DNA of 64,000 bases from Tricharina praecox (Eukaryota), in assembly GCF_024521635.1 (NCBI RefSeq), contig NW_026250410.1, positions 372,001 to 436,000 of the forward strand. The letters are read 5' to 3'. Within the stretch, counting starts at the first letter, position 1, and each line of letters begins with the position of its first letter. Both the position numbers and the translations under genes were made by a program. The notes beneath the pieces are model-generated. The model saw nothing but the letters and a program-made list of their open reading frames with translations. It was not told the origin of the DNA and did no database searches. Positions 20,929-34,893 of this stretch are shown one piece after another.

Positions 20929-23180
20929 ATGGCGGATTCGGTCCCCGCACCCCGCGGAAGAGCAAGTGTCTCACCGCACGACGATCGCGACCACCAGCAC
21001 CACGGAAACGGCAGTGCGCGCCAACCGAGCGACGACAACTACGATTCCGAAGAATACGATCGGGACGACGACGTGGACGACGGCGAGGGCGAGAGCGATG
21101 ACTACTACTCCATCCTCAATGTTCCGCGAGATGTAAGATTCCGGACCCCACGGGAAAGGGAATGGGGTGATTGCAGTCGGTAACTAACGGTCCGTAGGCT
21201 TCTCCGAACCAGATCCGCACCGCGTATCACTCGCTATCGCGCCGTTTCCACCCGGACAAGCAACCGCCGGATATGCGCGACCGAGCCACGACGCACTTCA
21301 ACCGCATCCTGATCGCCTACGAGACCCTGATGAACCCCCACAAGCGTATAATATACGACCAGTTCGGTGTCGAGGGGCTCAAGGAGCGGGCGTGGCAGCT
21401 GGGTGTCAGGCCGATGAGTCCCGAGCAGTTCAAATTCTGGCTGGAGGAGAATATGCGGAAGCAGAAGGCTGAGCAGCTGGAGGAGCTGGTGGCTTCTCAC
21501 GGGAAGGTGGAGGCCACGGTTGATGTCTCTGGCCTGTGGTTCTCGCAGGTCATGCTGCATCAGCAGAAGGATGGGAGGTATACTGCTGAGGAACTGCAGC
21601 CACCGGTTGGTGCGATTACGCGGTACGTGGTTAAACATTCCTTCAACATCCCGTTGGAGGAGTTTGCTAGAATCTTGGAGGCACCGCTTCCAACTTCGGT
21701 CAAGGGGTTGTGGGAAGGTGTGGAGAGACCTCGGCCAGCGAAACATGAGACAGCACCCAGGCCGAAGCCGATGCTGACGTTCGATTGCGCGCTGGATGGG
21801 GCACCGCCGCGGAAAGGAAGGAAAGCGAGCCCAAATCATCTACCGCAGTCCGTGTTTGCGTCGACATCGTTTACTGCGACTCTGATGCACATGTTCCCCA
21901 ACCTCCCACCCGACGCCCCTCGATCCGTAGCTTCCCTGCTTGCTGGCAATCAATTTGCTATCTCAGCGAGAGTTCTTCCGTCACCTGTGGTTACCGCTCA
22001 GGTTTCCCGCGCGTTCGGCCAGAATGCTCTCACCACATCGGCCACCTTTATTGGAATCCCACGCTGGGAGAAGGCTCCGATCGTAGAAACCAATTTCACG
22101 AGACGACTGGCGGTTCGTCACAGTGTCTTCGTGGGCGTCAACACTGGCGGAACCACGTGGCTCGCCAACTTCAGCGAGCTCTTCAGCCTACCGCGCTTCG
22201 GCTCTGTACGTAGTGGGTATGCGTCGCTGGGGTACACCTTCCACCCCATCTCCTCCGCTCTGGAAGAGGCAAGCGAAAACGCCGAAAGCGGCACATCCAA
22301 GATGCCCTCCTCGCGCGCTAGCCGCTCAAAGCGAACAGAAACCTACACGGCATCCGTAACCGCTGGTCTGCTTGCCGCCGGAATCCAAGCCAAGCTGTCC
22401 TGGGGTCGTACCTTCTTCGTGGGCACTCCCGTAACCTCTGCGATTACCCCCGGCAAACCGCGCTCTCCCGTCGGGATCCGTCTCGGCCTCGAGACCACCC
22501 TGCACGTCACCGGCGCAGCCCAATACACTGTTAAGGCCTCGCGCAGGTTCTTCGAGAACACCACCTGCGGCGTCGCCGCAACCATGGGCGGTTCCTCGGG
22601 CAAAGGCGGCGTGATAATCAGTCTCTCCTGGTCCCGCCTCGGCCAGCGCTTCTCCCTCCCCGTCATCCTCGCGCCGATCCCGGACAACAAATTCATGATC
22701 TACGCCACGGCGCTTCCCTTCGCCGCCTACGTCGCGACCGAGCTCTTCTGGCTGCGCCCCCGCGAGCGAAAGCTGCGTGCCAAAGAAGTCGCCCGTCTCC
22801 GCAAAGCCCTGCATTACAAAACCCGCCGCCGCAAGCGTGCCGCCGAAGAAGCCGCAGAAATCATGGCGCCCTCCGTGAAACGCAAGATGGACGCCGAGCG
22901 GGAAACCGGCGGGCTGGTCATCGTCAACGCCACATACGGCGACGAAGCGACACGAGCAGACGTCACCATCGCGCTCGCGGCACTGGTTGAGGGCGGACAA
23001 CTCGTTCTGCCCAGGGGCGTCGATAAGTCACGCATCATTGGATTCTATGACCCCGCCCCCGGCGCGGAGAAGGTCCTCGATGTTACGTACCTCTGGCATG
23101 GTGTCACGCATTGTGTCACTGTTAGGGGCGCCCAGGGGTTGACCGCGCCGTTGAGGTCGCATCAGGTTAAGGGGAATTAG
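20929..23180 (+). CDS. DNAJC11-like J-domain protein with DUF3395-type C-terminus (2 exons)
   Basis: DYYSILNVPRD|ASPNQIRTAYHSLSRRFHPDK (intron 21133-21197), RLGQRFSLPV, GLVIVNATYG, GFYDPAPGAEKVLDVTY. Confidence 0.88.
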
Positions 23181-26100
23181 CCGGGGATTGTAACGATACT
23201 CTACTTTATTTTACTTTACTTTACTTTGCGGCGTGTTGACTGACTAGATCCGGTTTTGTTGCTGGTGTTGGGCTGGGCTTATATGCGGCTTTCTCGCGCT
23301 CTCTCTCTTCTCTTGTCTTGTCTTGTCTGGCCTTATTTACATGGATGGATGGATCGGGAGAGTCTGTACTTTTACGTTACGTTACTGAGGATGGGTACCT
23401 ACCTGATGTACCTAAATACTTGACTGTTGGGGCGAGATGTTGGAACAGTTATGGTCAGTTTACACTCACTCATACGATCTCGTTCGCTTGAACTTTGAAA
23501 TGTACGAGGGCAAAAGTCCAGTCATGCTGCTTGCGGACTAAATAGGACTGCGCGGGTAGAAACGGAGGAACGGGACCGAAAAACGAAAACATCTGACAGG
23601 GACTGAATATAAAAGCCTATGTATGCGCTCTGTATCGTCCCCGTCCCGAATCAAAGCCTTCTGCTGTGCCCCAGGCAGCATACGGTAGGTATTCCATCCG
23701 CCCCACGGTCTTTAGAGCATATCATAGGGCCTCTCTCCGCCCATAAGCGGTTCCGGCGCGTATAGTAGTTTTGGCGGAGCGCCCTCACTCACTCGCACGC
23801 ACTTTCATAGGGCTGCGCTCAGACCTGCCAGCGCTAACCAGTTTCGTTAGATACGTTAGCACTCTGGCGGGTTGTCATTACCTGTCACTCGCTGCCCCAA
23901 AACAACGGCGCGATATTCCAAGTTCCAAGTTCCAACTAACGTGATAATCAATGGCCGGGGTTTGTGGGCCAAACGGACTGATGGCATGCTTGGAATACCT
24001 ACCCCCAACATCTACCCCACCAATTATACTCGTACCGGATCCCGTTGACCTAAACTGTAGTCCGGGGTCCCGCCGTTCCGGACAGACTGGCGGGGAGAGA
24101 TTGGTGGCATGCTACTCGGATTGGACTCTGGAGTTTGGGGCCGCTCTGCACAGCACAGTGATCGAGAAGGGCTGGCTGGAGTAACGACGTATGTACTAGT
24201 ATTGACACTACTATAGACAACAATTGCTTTTTCCCTCGGTATCGCCGACATCTCATGATCTCGCATTTCCACACTGGCTGTGATGCCCTCCAACTGAAGT
24301 ATGCATACTACAGTAGTTAGTAGCTAGAGTGAGTAATTGCATGGATAGACGACTGTCAAGTACATTTACCTACTGACACAGGCCGAAGATCTGGGGAAAC
24401 CCAAACAAAAGCACATGGTGGTGGTCAGCGAGGCAAGCATACCGGTACCGATCTGGGATGTAGGTATTGTATCATGCTTCATGAATAGCCTCGCAATATC
24501 CGCCGTTTCTCTTTGACTCCCCCGTCGTCGTCGCCGCCGCGGTCAAGCATAGAGTGACGAGCAGTGATTCCGGAAGTGAAAGTCCGTTGAGAATGTTTCG
24601 GCCGTTTCGACCGTTTCAGATCCGTCGGCCTGTTGCCATCACGTCGGGCATAGGTATCGGTATCGGACCGGCCTTCTGCTCCGCCTCCCGAGGACCTGTG
24701 TATCCCAAACACACACACCCCAACCACCGACCACCGACCACCGACCACCGACCCGGCCTGGACCGTTTCGTTTCGTAATGTCGGCACATACATTCTTCAA
24801 GCGAGTACAGGGCCCAGGTTTGTAGCATTTGCTGGAGTGCATACATGCTACCTAGAGTATGTACGGTAGAGTTCGGTAGAGTAGAGTAGAGTATAAGCAC
24901 TCGGCGCAGCAGCAGGTAGAGAGAGATCGATCGTCCCGCGGTATCATGAGCATCTTACTCTCACGGGGAAACACTCTCGCCAGACTTGGTTCACCCCAGG
25001 CCGTTTCTCCGCACCGCCAATCTTCTAGAGACTCTCGTCAGACTTGGTCTACCGTACCCCAGACTCGCCCTCCACACCGCCAATCTTTCGGAGACGAGTA
25101 TTGTTGGCCCTTCTTTTTAGGCCCCCCCCACAAGATCATCAATTGACGCACTCACGCACGCACACACGCACCCGGCACTGGCACCTGTGTACCGAACCGT
25201 GCGGGGTGGTGATCACATGGAGTGAAGATCGTATCGCATCGTGAATTAGAGACCAGACAATTGCAAATCGTGCACTACTACTCTATGATATACCGGTATG
25301 TAAGTAGAGTAAGTAGAGTGGAGATCCATGCCCCCCCCCCCCCCCCCCCCCCGCCCCCATGCACTCACCCGCGCTGTTCTCCGGCCACCGTACGTATATA
25401 GTAGTCGTGGTTACAGCGTCACCACACCGCACAGCATGTGACGGACAAGACTTTTAACGGCCGACTCTCCTCCTTCTCCTTCTCTTCCTCTTCTTGATTA
25501 TGCTCCTCCTCCTGTTCCGCAACGGTACATACGACATCCGTCTATGCGTGCGTGCGTTAATCCCGGTATCTATGCCATATGCCATATGTATGTAGGTAGC
25601 CCGCACATTAGCCACCGAAAGGGGCAGCTAGACCGGGCACGCCGAGGTGGAGAGTCTTCATCACAAGCTTTTGCGCGCTGCAATAGGTATCTGGCCTCTG
25701 GCGGAGGCTGCTAGTGGGCGTAGATGCCGAAAGAGTGAGAGTACCCCGCCCTTCGCTTGGGGGAAAGGGAAGGAAGGAGCCTGAGGCGAGTGTGTGGAGT
25801 GGAGATGCACAACTGATGTTGAGTGCGTCCGTCCGCGCGTGTCGCTTGGCCGTCCGCCCGCCTCGGCAAGAGCGGTGTCCGAGCGTCATATAGTAGGTAT
25901 GGTTAGTGGCGAGTGGGAAAACGCCGACGAGGCAAGACAACGAGGTTGGGTCCATTCATGCGTTGATGGTTCTTGTTGTTCATCCGGTACCGGTATATCG
26001 CTCGCCCAGACAGACTGCTGAGCCTGTCTTTCGATAACCGTCGCTCTTTCCCTCCTTCCCTCCCGCGCTCCCTCCCTTCATTTTCGACTGCAATGCAACT

Positions 26101-27616
26101 GATTGGCGCAGCAAATGGTCCCCAATGAAATCCGAAACTGCCCACATGCCAACAATGTAGCTGGATATACGATGGAGCGGAAGTATTCGTACAAGCGTAC
26201 AAGCGCAACAACTCGGAGGGTTGGCTTACCGTTCTGTCAGCATCGTATCGTAACGTATCGTATCGAACATCGTATGTAGGAATGATAACCCCCCAGCGCT
26301 CCCACCATGCACGCCACATTTCCATGTTGCACCTGCAGGTTCAAGCGGGAATTCGACCTGTCCCATTGATCCCTCCCTCCTCCCTTTTTTTCCTTCCTTT
26401 TCTTCAGGGAAGGGCGCGCAGGAAATTCGGAGACTCCCGAGTACGCTGTATTCGATTCATCCGTGTAACTCAACACACACACCCATCGCCCTCACCCTCC
26501 CCCTCCCCATTAACCCCCGGTCTCCATCCCTTCTCCCTGCCAGCCATACATATGGTTAATTGTTCTTCAACCTGTATTCTACTAGTACTACCCTTCTAGA
26601 GTATGATCCTCTATACTCTGTCATGTGAAGCCGAATTAGCTGTGTAGTACTATGCTGCGAGCACACTGGACAGATCGAAGTTTCGCCATCCGCCATCAAA
26701 TCTCCAGGTTGAACGCACGCATCTCCCTCTGCGCCCTCTGCGCCCAACCACGTACAGTATCTACATACAGGAAGCATTCCGGCGGATCCGAATCCACGTC
26801 CACGTCCGAACCAGCTACCCCGGCAATAGCTGTTCCCAGCGTGATGATTGGACATCCGACCCAATAACTACTCTACATTTCTACCATACCCTAGGAATGT
26901 ATGTAGTTGCTCTAGCTAGGTACTCTACTCTACGCTACTACCTGTCTACCTGCCAGGACGCCGCAACTTGCAAGAGACTACGGTAGAGTACCTATCATAG
27001 TTATGGGGGTTTAATTATTTTTGTCCTGTGCTTGCTTGCTTGCCTTTCCTTTCCAACCTCTCATAGGTAGTTAGCCGCGTTTGAGCTTGACGCAGGTCGC
27101 AGGTCGCCACCCTGCGAGCCGGCCCCGGGGGCGGGGGGGAGGGGCTTGCTCTGCTCTGTGTGAAGCATTCAGTCCGCTGCAAATGATGGATTGAAATAAT
27201 TCCCTACATGGTAAGAAGTAGGTGTGTGGGGGGACCAGTATTGGGACGGGTATTGGGATGAGTATTGGGACGGGGAGGACAATGAGGAGGAGGATGGGCG
27301 GGGAGTAGGTAGTACCTAGGCGGGCGCTCGGAACTGCCCTACCAACTGATTTGGAGATCTAGAGTAAAAAACTGCGGGCATCCACATCTTTAACTAAAGC
27401 CTCGTGCCTGATTTACCCACGGAATTTGAAAGCCCCAGGGAAGGAAGCCGCCTACATACTTAGGTACATACCTGGATTCGCATATATACCCTTCCTCCCT
27501 ATTCTGTCCCACAGGTTCGGACGATTCGGTGCCTTGCTGCCCCATTCAACTATAACTCCGGCTTCGTTCCCATCTCCCAATACCTCGCAACAGCAGCAGC
27601 AGCAACTACAGCAAGT

Positions 27617-28802
27617 ATGTCGAAATTCAGCAAGCCTGACGATACGAAAATCGAAGATGCCGGTGTTGTCTACGGCCCCATCACGAAGCGACAAAAGGTC
27701 GGCCGACACTGCAAGCGGTTCTGGTGGGCATGGCTGGGGGGCTTCCTGCTATTCGTGCTGGTGATCGTTCTCATCATGTAAACAAACCCTCCCGTCTCTC
27801 TCCTCCATCCTCCGCACCGTAATCACTAACCCTCCCGCCACAGTATCTTCGCCGCCATTCCTGCCATCGCCCAAAAAAAAATCAACGACACCGAGTTGGA
27901 GCTACACTCCTTGAAGATCCTGAACCCGACCGCCGAGTCCTTCGAGCTGTCGATCAATGGGTCCATTACCGGAGCCACGGGCTCGGCCGCACACGCCCGC
28001 CTGGAGAAGATGGACGTCAAGCTCTTCCTTGAGGGCCAAGATCCGATCCAGCCGTTCCTGATCCTGCCCATGGACGAGATCCACGGCGGCGACGATGTTC
28101 CGGTGGTCAAGGACAGTGTGCCGGTCGAGATCACGGATGCGGGCGCGCTCGACGAGTTTGCCCTCCGCCTCATGGATAACGACCTGCTCCGCGTGGCGAT
28201 GAGGGGCCGCACTACTATGTGGCTCGGAAAGATCCATACCGATATCGATTACAACGAGGTGGTCGAGATGAAGGGTTTGTTCAACTGCCGGTTGCGAAAT
28301 ACGATAAGCGGGCAGGCGGGCTGATTTGTGCGATGCAGCTCTCAACCAGCTCAAGGGAATGGTCATCACCAAGTACGCCCTTGTCGCCAACAACACCGCC
28401 TACAACGTGGAGGGTGAAGTGATGATCCCGAACCCGAGCGTCGTGACGATCGAGATGGTATATACATCCATCCCTCCCCCCCTCCCCCCCCCCTTCCCTC
28501 CCCGCTAACCCCCTTAGGGCGACGTCAACCTCAAAATCGGGCTCACCGGCGCGTCGATCGGCACGGGTGTGATCCCTAGTCTGATCCTACGTCCGGGCAA
28601 CAACACGTACCGCTTCACGGTGCTGATCCCAGACCAGGCAAACATCTTGAAGATGGCCGGTGCAGCCATCGGCGGTGGCACACTCACCATCGGATCAAAT
28701 GGCACCACCATCGACGGCGTTAAGATCCCGTGGCTAAGCAAGCCGCTCGAGAAATTGTCCACCGAGGTGCCGATTAATACTAAGTACTTCGAGGAGAACT
28801 GA
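27617..28802 (+). CDS. Type II membrane protein with DUF3712-like (LEA_2-like) beta-sandwich domain (4 exons)
   Basis: MSKFSK..RHCKRFWWAWLGGFLLFVLVIVLII TM, IPAIAQKKINDTEL, IPNPSVVTIEMGDVNL, LILRPGNN, KIPWL. Three GT-AG introns. Confidence 0.75.
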
Positions 28803-29454
28803 TGGATCACCACGGGACGGGGCCATAAGTGGCTTGTGTTATGTATATAGCGTTTGATGAAGCGGGAGAGGGAGCGATGCGTGCTGCTGCTGCTGTGGGA
28901 AGGGGAAGGGGGGCTAAGGGCTTGGGGCATGGGATGAGGGGGCATCGTAGGGGGGCGTAATGATGGTGTACTCTTATCTAGGTCTGGAGGCTATGTGTGC
29001 GTTTTGTCGGCATGTAGATGATACCAATTGTGTTTACTGTTCTGTTCCGTCTTGAATCGCAAATAGCGTTTTATGGGGATTACCGCGCGGTGAATGGAAT
29101 GGTCAATATCAGATACATCGCTGGCTAAGGAGTTCGAAAAGGAGTTCGGACGTCGTAGGGCATCAATTCGCATGGGTGGGTGGGTATCATCATGGGGAAT
29201 CACTCGGTACCTGTCCGGAGCGGTAATGAGGTGTCTTTGGACGAGTCAGGCGATAGTTAGGTGGGGTGATGGTCACCTAGAATGGCTCCATCAAAGTTCT
29301 CAATTTCAGCGCCAAAATCCCCTAGAGGAATCTCAGCGCGCATGGACAATCCGAGGAGTGATCGCTCATGACTACGAGTAGTTACCCGGTAGAAGAATTC
29401 CTCAAGCAGCATGACGTCCGCAGTACTTATTGTGTCTCACGCAAACCCTCCGCC

Positions 29455-30996
29455 ATGCCCGCCGATTCCTCGGGCCTCTCGATACTTGGGCTCAAACCCC
29501 CGTCACCACCAGTACCGTCGTCAGCACCAGACGGCAGCAATGCCTCGCAACCCTCGCCTCCGCCGAGCACCAGCATCTTCGGGAGTCTCGGAGACAACCC
29601 TCTCTTTGCCGGGGTAACGAGCGCCCGCCCCTCCACCCGTCCTCGAAACCTCCCCCGTCTAAACGGCGCGTCTACGTAGGGACTAGCACTAGGCGCGATG
29701 ACTGCGGCGTTCCAGCTAGTGCGGCGCACCAGCACGCGCGCGCTGCATCTCGCGCGCCGCCAGCTGCTCGTCACCGTCGAGATCCCGTCCACCGATCCGT
29801 CGTACGAGTGGTTCTTGCATTTTCTGGCAGAGAGCCAGCGGGCTTCGGCATCTGCAGGATCCTACGGGACGGGAGTGATTCCCGGCTACTCGCTCTCGGC
29901 GCTACTGTCGCGGTTCCGGCCGGCGCCGCGGGAGCTGGCGGTCGAGACGCGGACTACGAAGCTGGGCTCGGGAGCGGCTGCTGCCGATTTTGTTCTGGTA
30001 CCTGGGCAGGGAAAGCATATCATCAATTACAACTCGACGCTGCTGCAGGTGGCGCGGACGCGGGATCCGCGGCGGTCCAATCCCAGCGGACTGCCGTTCG
30101 AGACGGTCGAGATCACGACGCTCAATTCGCGGCGCGGGGTGCTTTACGAGCTGCTGCGGGAGTCGCAGCAGCTTGCGCTGCACCGCGCGGAGGGGAAGAC
30201 GACGGTGTACACGTCGCGCGGGATCAGCTGGGAGCGGTTTGGCAACCCGCAGAGGAAGCGCCCGCTGGAGAGCGTCATCCTCGCGCCGGGGGTGAAGGAG
30301 GGCGTGGTCAAGGACCTGGAGGACTTCCTGTCGTCGCCGGCGTGGTACCAAGACCGCGGGATACCGTACCGGCGCGGATACCTCCTCTACGGCCCGCCGG
30401 GCACGGGGAAGACCTCGTTCGTCAAGGCAGTTGCCGGTCACCTCGACTACAACATCTGCCTGATTAACCTGTCGGAGCGCGGCCTGACCGACGATAGGCT
30501 CAACTACCTCCTGTGCAACCTCCCCGAGCGCTCCGTCGCGCTGCTGGAGGACGTCGACGCCGCCTTCGCGAACAGAAAGCAGGTGGGCGAGGACGGGTAC
30601 AGCGGCGCGAACGTGACGTTCTCGGGCCTGCTCAATGCCCTCGATGGCGCCGCCTCCGGCGAGGACAGGATTATCTTCTTGACTACTAACCACCAGGAGC
30701 GACTGGACGAGGCCCTCCTCCGCCCCGGACGTGTCGACCTCAAGGTCGAGATCGGTTGGGCTACCCCGGAGGTCGTCGATGGCATGTGGCAGCGCTTCTA
30801 TGGCGCTGGTGCGTTCCCGCAGGCAGAGAAACTGCGGGTCCGCTTCCTCCAGATCCTGACGGATGGACAACTGTTCGAGCCTGGCCGTCACGGTGTTAGC
30901 ACCGCGGAACTGCAGGGGCTGTTTTTGTTCTTTAAGAATGATCCTGAGGGCGTAGTGGGCGCCGCGGAGAATATGGTGCTGGCTAGAAAGGCGTAA
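29455..30996 (+). CDS. BCS1: Mitochondrial AAA chaperone Bcs1 (2 exons)
   Basis: DNPLFAG|GLALG (intron 29614-29679), RKRPLESVIL, WYQDRGIPYRRGYLLYGPPGTGKTS, VTFSGLLNALDG, ALLRPGRVD. Confidence 0.95.
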
Positions 30997-32746
30997 ATGG
31001 AGCTGTATGATGGCATGTCTGTATTCCCAAAGCTGGTGCTGGGATGTAAATACACTGTAAAGTAAGAGGTTAGAAGGGAAGCATCTGGAGTACAAAATCG
31101 GGGAGCGATAGTTAGTCCATGGGAAGTCGATCCACCGTTTGCTTATGTACCTGTCGAGTGATGTCCTGCGATTATACCCACGCAAAGACCATAACTATCA
31201 ATGAACGTGCATCACCCGGAACCGTGCGTGTTCGCCAGTACCCAGAGATCGTGCTCCAACTGTAGTTCCCGGGCGGGGGGAGCTTCAATTTGAGGACCGT
31301 GCGGGGACGGGAAGCAGCTGGACGAGAAAGCTGATATGTGCCCTACATACCATGCCAGTGTTCATTGACAGGCCCCGATCAGTCAATTGCCAAGGTACTC
31401 TTCACCAGTGAAATGACAAAGCAGAGTTGTCATCCGAGGGAGGGAGGGTGTCTGTAAGACTGTAAGATTGTAAGACTATCACCCGCGAGCTGACGTGATG
31501 GCTGAAGTTTGACGATGGACGATGGCGGCCTCGAGGAGGAGGCCGCTAAGCTGCAGTGTGGCTGGTGTGAAGCGTATGCTCGCGTGGAATATCTTCACCA
31601 CATATCTACATCACATGGTACTCACCTACTCTACATAGAGTACCTGTCCAAGACTGTGCTGTAAGACAAGGCATAGAGTGGAGTAAATATATGTAGTATC
31701 GGTACATACCGGCATAGATTGCATAACTTCATGCCCATTTAACCGCGCCGCGAGGCCCGCCTATGTAGAGTATGCAGAATAGAGTAGGCAGGTATTCTGG
31801 CATAGGTGGGATGTGAAAAGTCTGCCATTTTTCCGTTTGACAGTTGACAGTTGACTTCCGTCTCAGGACGAAGTCGGTCGAAGCCGAAGTTGCTATATAC
31901 ACAGCCATATGATGGCTCTGCTTACATATGCAGAACTATGAAAGCGCGAGGGTTCGCTTGTTGAGTCTTGACTAACTAGCGGCAGGGCTAAATTGGCAAC
32001 CTCGGCTCCGGGCTATGCATAGCTGCCCGCAAAAACACGTGTGCTCGCGCATTCGTCCGATGAGGGCCACAGGTGCGGCGATCGCGGGTTCGGAGAGTTG
32101 ACCATCGCGTGGATGGGCGCGGGCATTATGTATGTCGTGTATGTATGTAGTGTACGATGCTCGGTTCTACACGCATACCAGTCAAGTAGCAGGATCGCTA
32201 TGTATGTAGAAGGCGTCGACGCGCTGGAAGGTGAATGGAAGATCGATGTGTTGCACGGCCTGGACCGTCACGCGAAAAAGCAAAAGCTTGCGTAAGTACC
32301 TATGCTAACTTGGGCGGGCCATGGAACACTTCATCAAGCGCATGGGTGGTTGGGTTCGAAAAAACTGCGCTGGGCGACTCCACAGCATAGGTACGGTAAC
32401 TATGGGTGGTTAGGAGGTCAGCACTTTCTTACATAGATATGGCCGCAGCTCTCTGCCTTACATACAGAGTTATCCATCTCATCGGTTGGCACCGCCTCTG
32501 AGTCTTCGTCACTTTACATATCAGCTACAGTCTTCAGACGACACTGCCATCCTGACGCTCGCGAGGGTAAGGTGCCATATCTGAGTATATATCTAGAGGT
32601 ATGCATGCATAGCAATCTGCCGTGGAACGCAACTAAGTGCTTGGTTGACCGTCGCAATCTACTTATACCGTTGCGTAGGACCTTGCTCCCGGTTTGCGGC
32701 GTCCATCTAACTACCACCTCCATACCCCCGACACTGCGCCGTCGCG

Positions 32747-33725
32747 ATGTCGAAATTCTACCGCCTCTTCCACGTCACGCAGCCGTTCGATGTTACGAAC
32801 CGCTTCCAGACGTCGTACGTGCTGCCGCCGGGCGTGCTCGCGTGCGTGCGCCTCCTGATCTGCGTCTACATCTTCACCACCAATGTCTACCGATTGGTGC
32901 GCGCGCGTGTTGCTGGCGATACCACGCAGATCGAGCAGCATTGGAGCTTTTTCACCAATATCACTTACTGGTCAATGGGGTTCTATTTCTTGTTTGCGGG
33001 GTTCCATGGACTCGTCTACTCCAGGAGGGGGATTGCGCCGTTGCAGACTTGGCCGAGGATCCTCCAGCTGTTCCATGGTGTTTTGTGGACTACTATGTGT
33101 AGTTATTCCCTCGTAGTGTATGTATACTCGTTTCGCTCCGGTCTGCGATATGCAATCCGCAATTCGCAATCCACGATTCTCAAACCCTTGACTGACCCAA
33201 TGGCGTTCAGTACTATCGTTTATTGGGGTTTGCTCGCCGATGCGTCGTCGTTCGCGAATACATACACCTCGTGGTCCAACGTACGTCTTGACTCCATCCC
33301 TCTGTGCACTCCATCCCCCCGTGTCTAACGCTTCATAGATCTCCGTGCACATGATGAACACTGGATTCTCGCTCTTCGAGATCTTCATTAGCCGAGTCGA
33401 GCGGCCCCCGTGGATCCACCTGGTCTTCAACGTCCTCTTCCTAGCGTGCTACTTGGGCTTGGCCTATGTTACGCACGCCACGCAGAACTTCTACACGTAC
33501 GACTTCCTCGATCCCACCAATGGCGCCGGCTCGTTGGTGGGGTACATCTTTGGCATCTTCGTGGCCAGCTGCGTTCTCTTCCTCGTCGTGTGGCTGTTGG
33601 TTTGGTTCCGCGAATGGTTCTCGACTCGCGTGCTGCGCCTGGAGGGGAAGTTGGCACGCAATCACATGGCCGGCGAAAGGGTGAACTACAAGGAGGGGAC
33701 TCGGATGACGGAAAACATGGCATAG
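32747..33725 (+). CDS. Multi-pass membrane protein, FAR-17a/AIG1-like (3 exons)
   Basis: About 6-7 hydrophobic segments with SFFTNITYW, TIVYWGLL, NISVHMMN and YTYDFLDP. Introns 33118-33210 and 33281-33338. Confidence 0.7.
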
Positions 33726-34893
33726 GGCGGAGAGTGGAGGGCTTCTTTTTGGTTCCTGGTTTCAGCGGTATTGTTTTGAGTAGGGGCTTTGGTGGTGTTG
33801 TTCTGGTTATGGGCTTTGGTGGTATATATTGTTCGTTGCTGTCTGTACATTGTATCTCCCACTTACTTACTCTAATGATTATGGGCGGATGTACGGGTCG
33901 TTTTCAGGGCTTTTTTTACCCTTGCGAGCAAAGTCAACGGATCTAGGTACTCTACTTCTCTACTTTATTGCCATGCTTACTCCGTACTGGTTCGTTTGTG
34001 TTTTTCTCTCGAGCGGGGTAAATGTAATTATTCCGCGGCATTTTGGGCCGATGAAGGCCAATGGTCTGGTGGAAAGCGACCACGGGCACGCACGGACAGT
34101 TGTCGTCACATGCCCCACAGGGCTGGCTACTTATGCTGGCCTTCCCCGCAAAATAAGGCTGGGTGTTCGGTCTCTTAAGGAGTTGTTGACGTCCTCTGCC
34201 AGCGAACACCTTATGATGACTTGTACTCGACTCAAGTGCAGGTATGAGTATGAATGCACTCAGAGCCATCGAATCAATTCAGACATCCGTTCCTGGCGGG
34301 CAACATGAATCAGGGGCTGATTCGCTGTGATTTAATGCTCACTCAAATTTCTTCCTTTTTTTTGCTGTGTGGGGAAAGGGTGATGTGCGCTTGGCACAGC
34401 TCCTGCCTAATTTTAGCTGCTGACTGCTCGCTGGACGGCCACCAACCAAAAATTCGCAGGAAGGACCCACGCTGTTCCTGCTTCCAAGCTCCCTCTCTCC
34501 CTCAAACCTCCTCTCACCCACCATTCCCCCTCCCCTCCCCCCAACAACCACAACTCTCACCCTCACCTGCCACGTTTCGACGCGCCCTACCTTCCAACTT
34601 TCGCACATACCCATATGGCAGTAAATCCTACACGCGCCTTCGCCAACGTCGTTTCTGTTTCTCGCCCCGTCGGTTTCCAGCTGTTAGTTTTCGGTGACGC
34701 TCTCCTTCGACCCTGAACGAAGGTCGCCATTCAACCTCACCGGCGCTTTACGAAGCGCCTTAAGTTGCACCCTTAATTCCCGCTCGACTTCGGTCGAGCG
34801 GTTCTACCACCTTCAACCACAATCAACATCTAGCTAGCTAAAGGCTTTCCTCGGTCTACGAAACCGACGCACGCATCCGAAAGCTCTTGGATC

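Noticed and set aside
20929..23180. J-domain gene as a third member of the Hsp70/GrpE-like module
   Set aside because: It is a conserved DNAJC11-like housekeeping gene 15 kb away with four unrelated genes in between.
29902..31185. 427-aa antisense ORF over BCS1 (similar ones overlap psk1, AP-2 beta, PGI and the enoyl-CoA hydratase)
   Set aside because: Stop-poor antisense frames are expected from GC-rich codon bias, and they show no recognisable domains.
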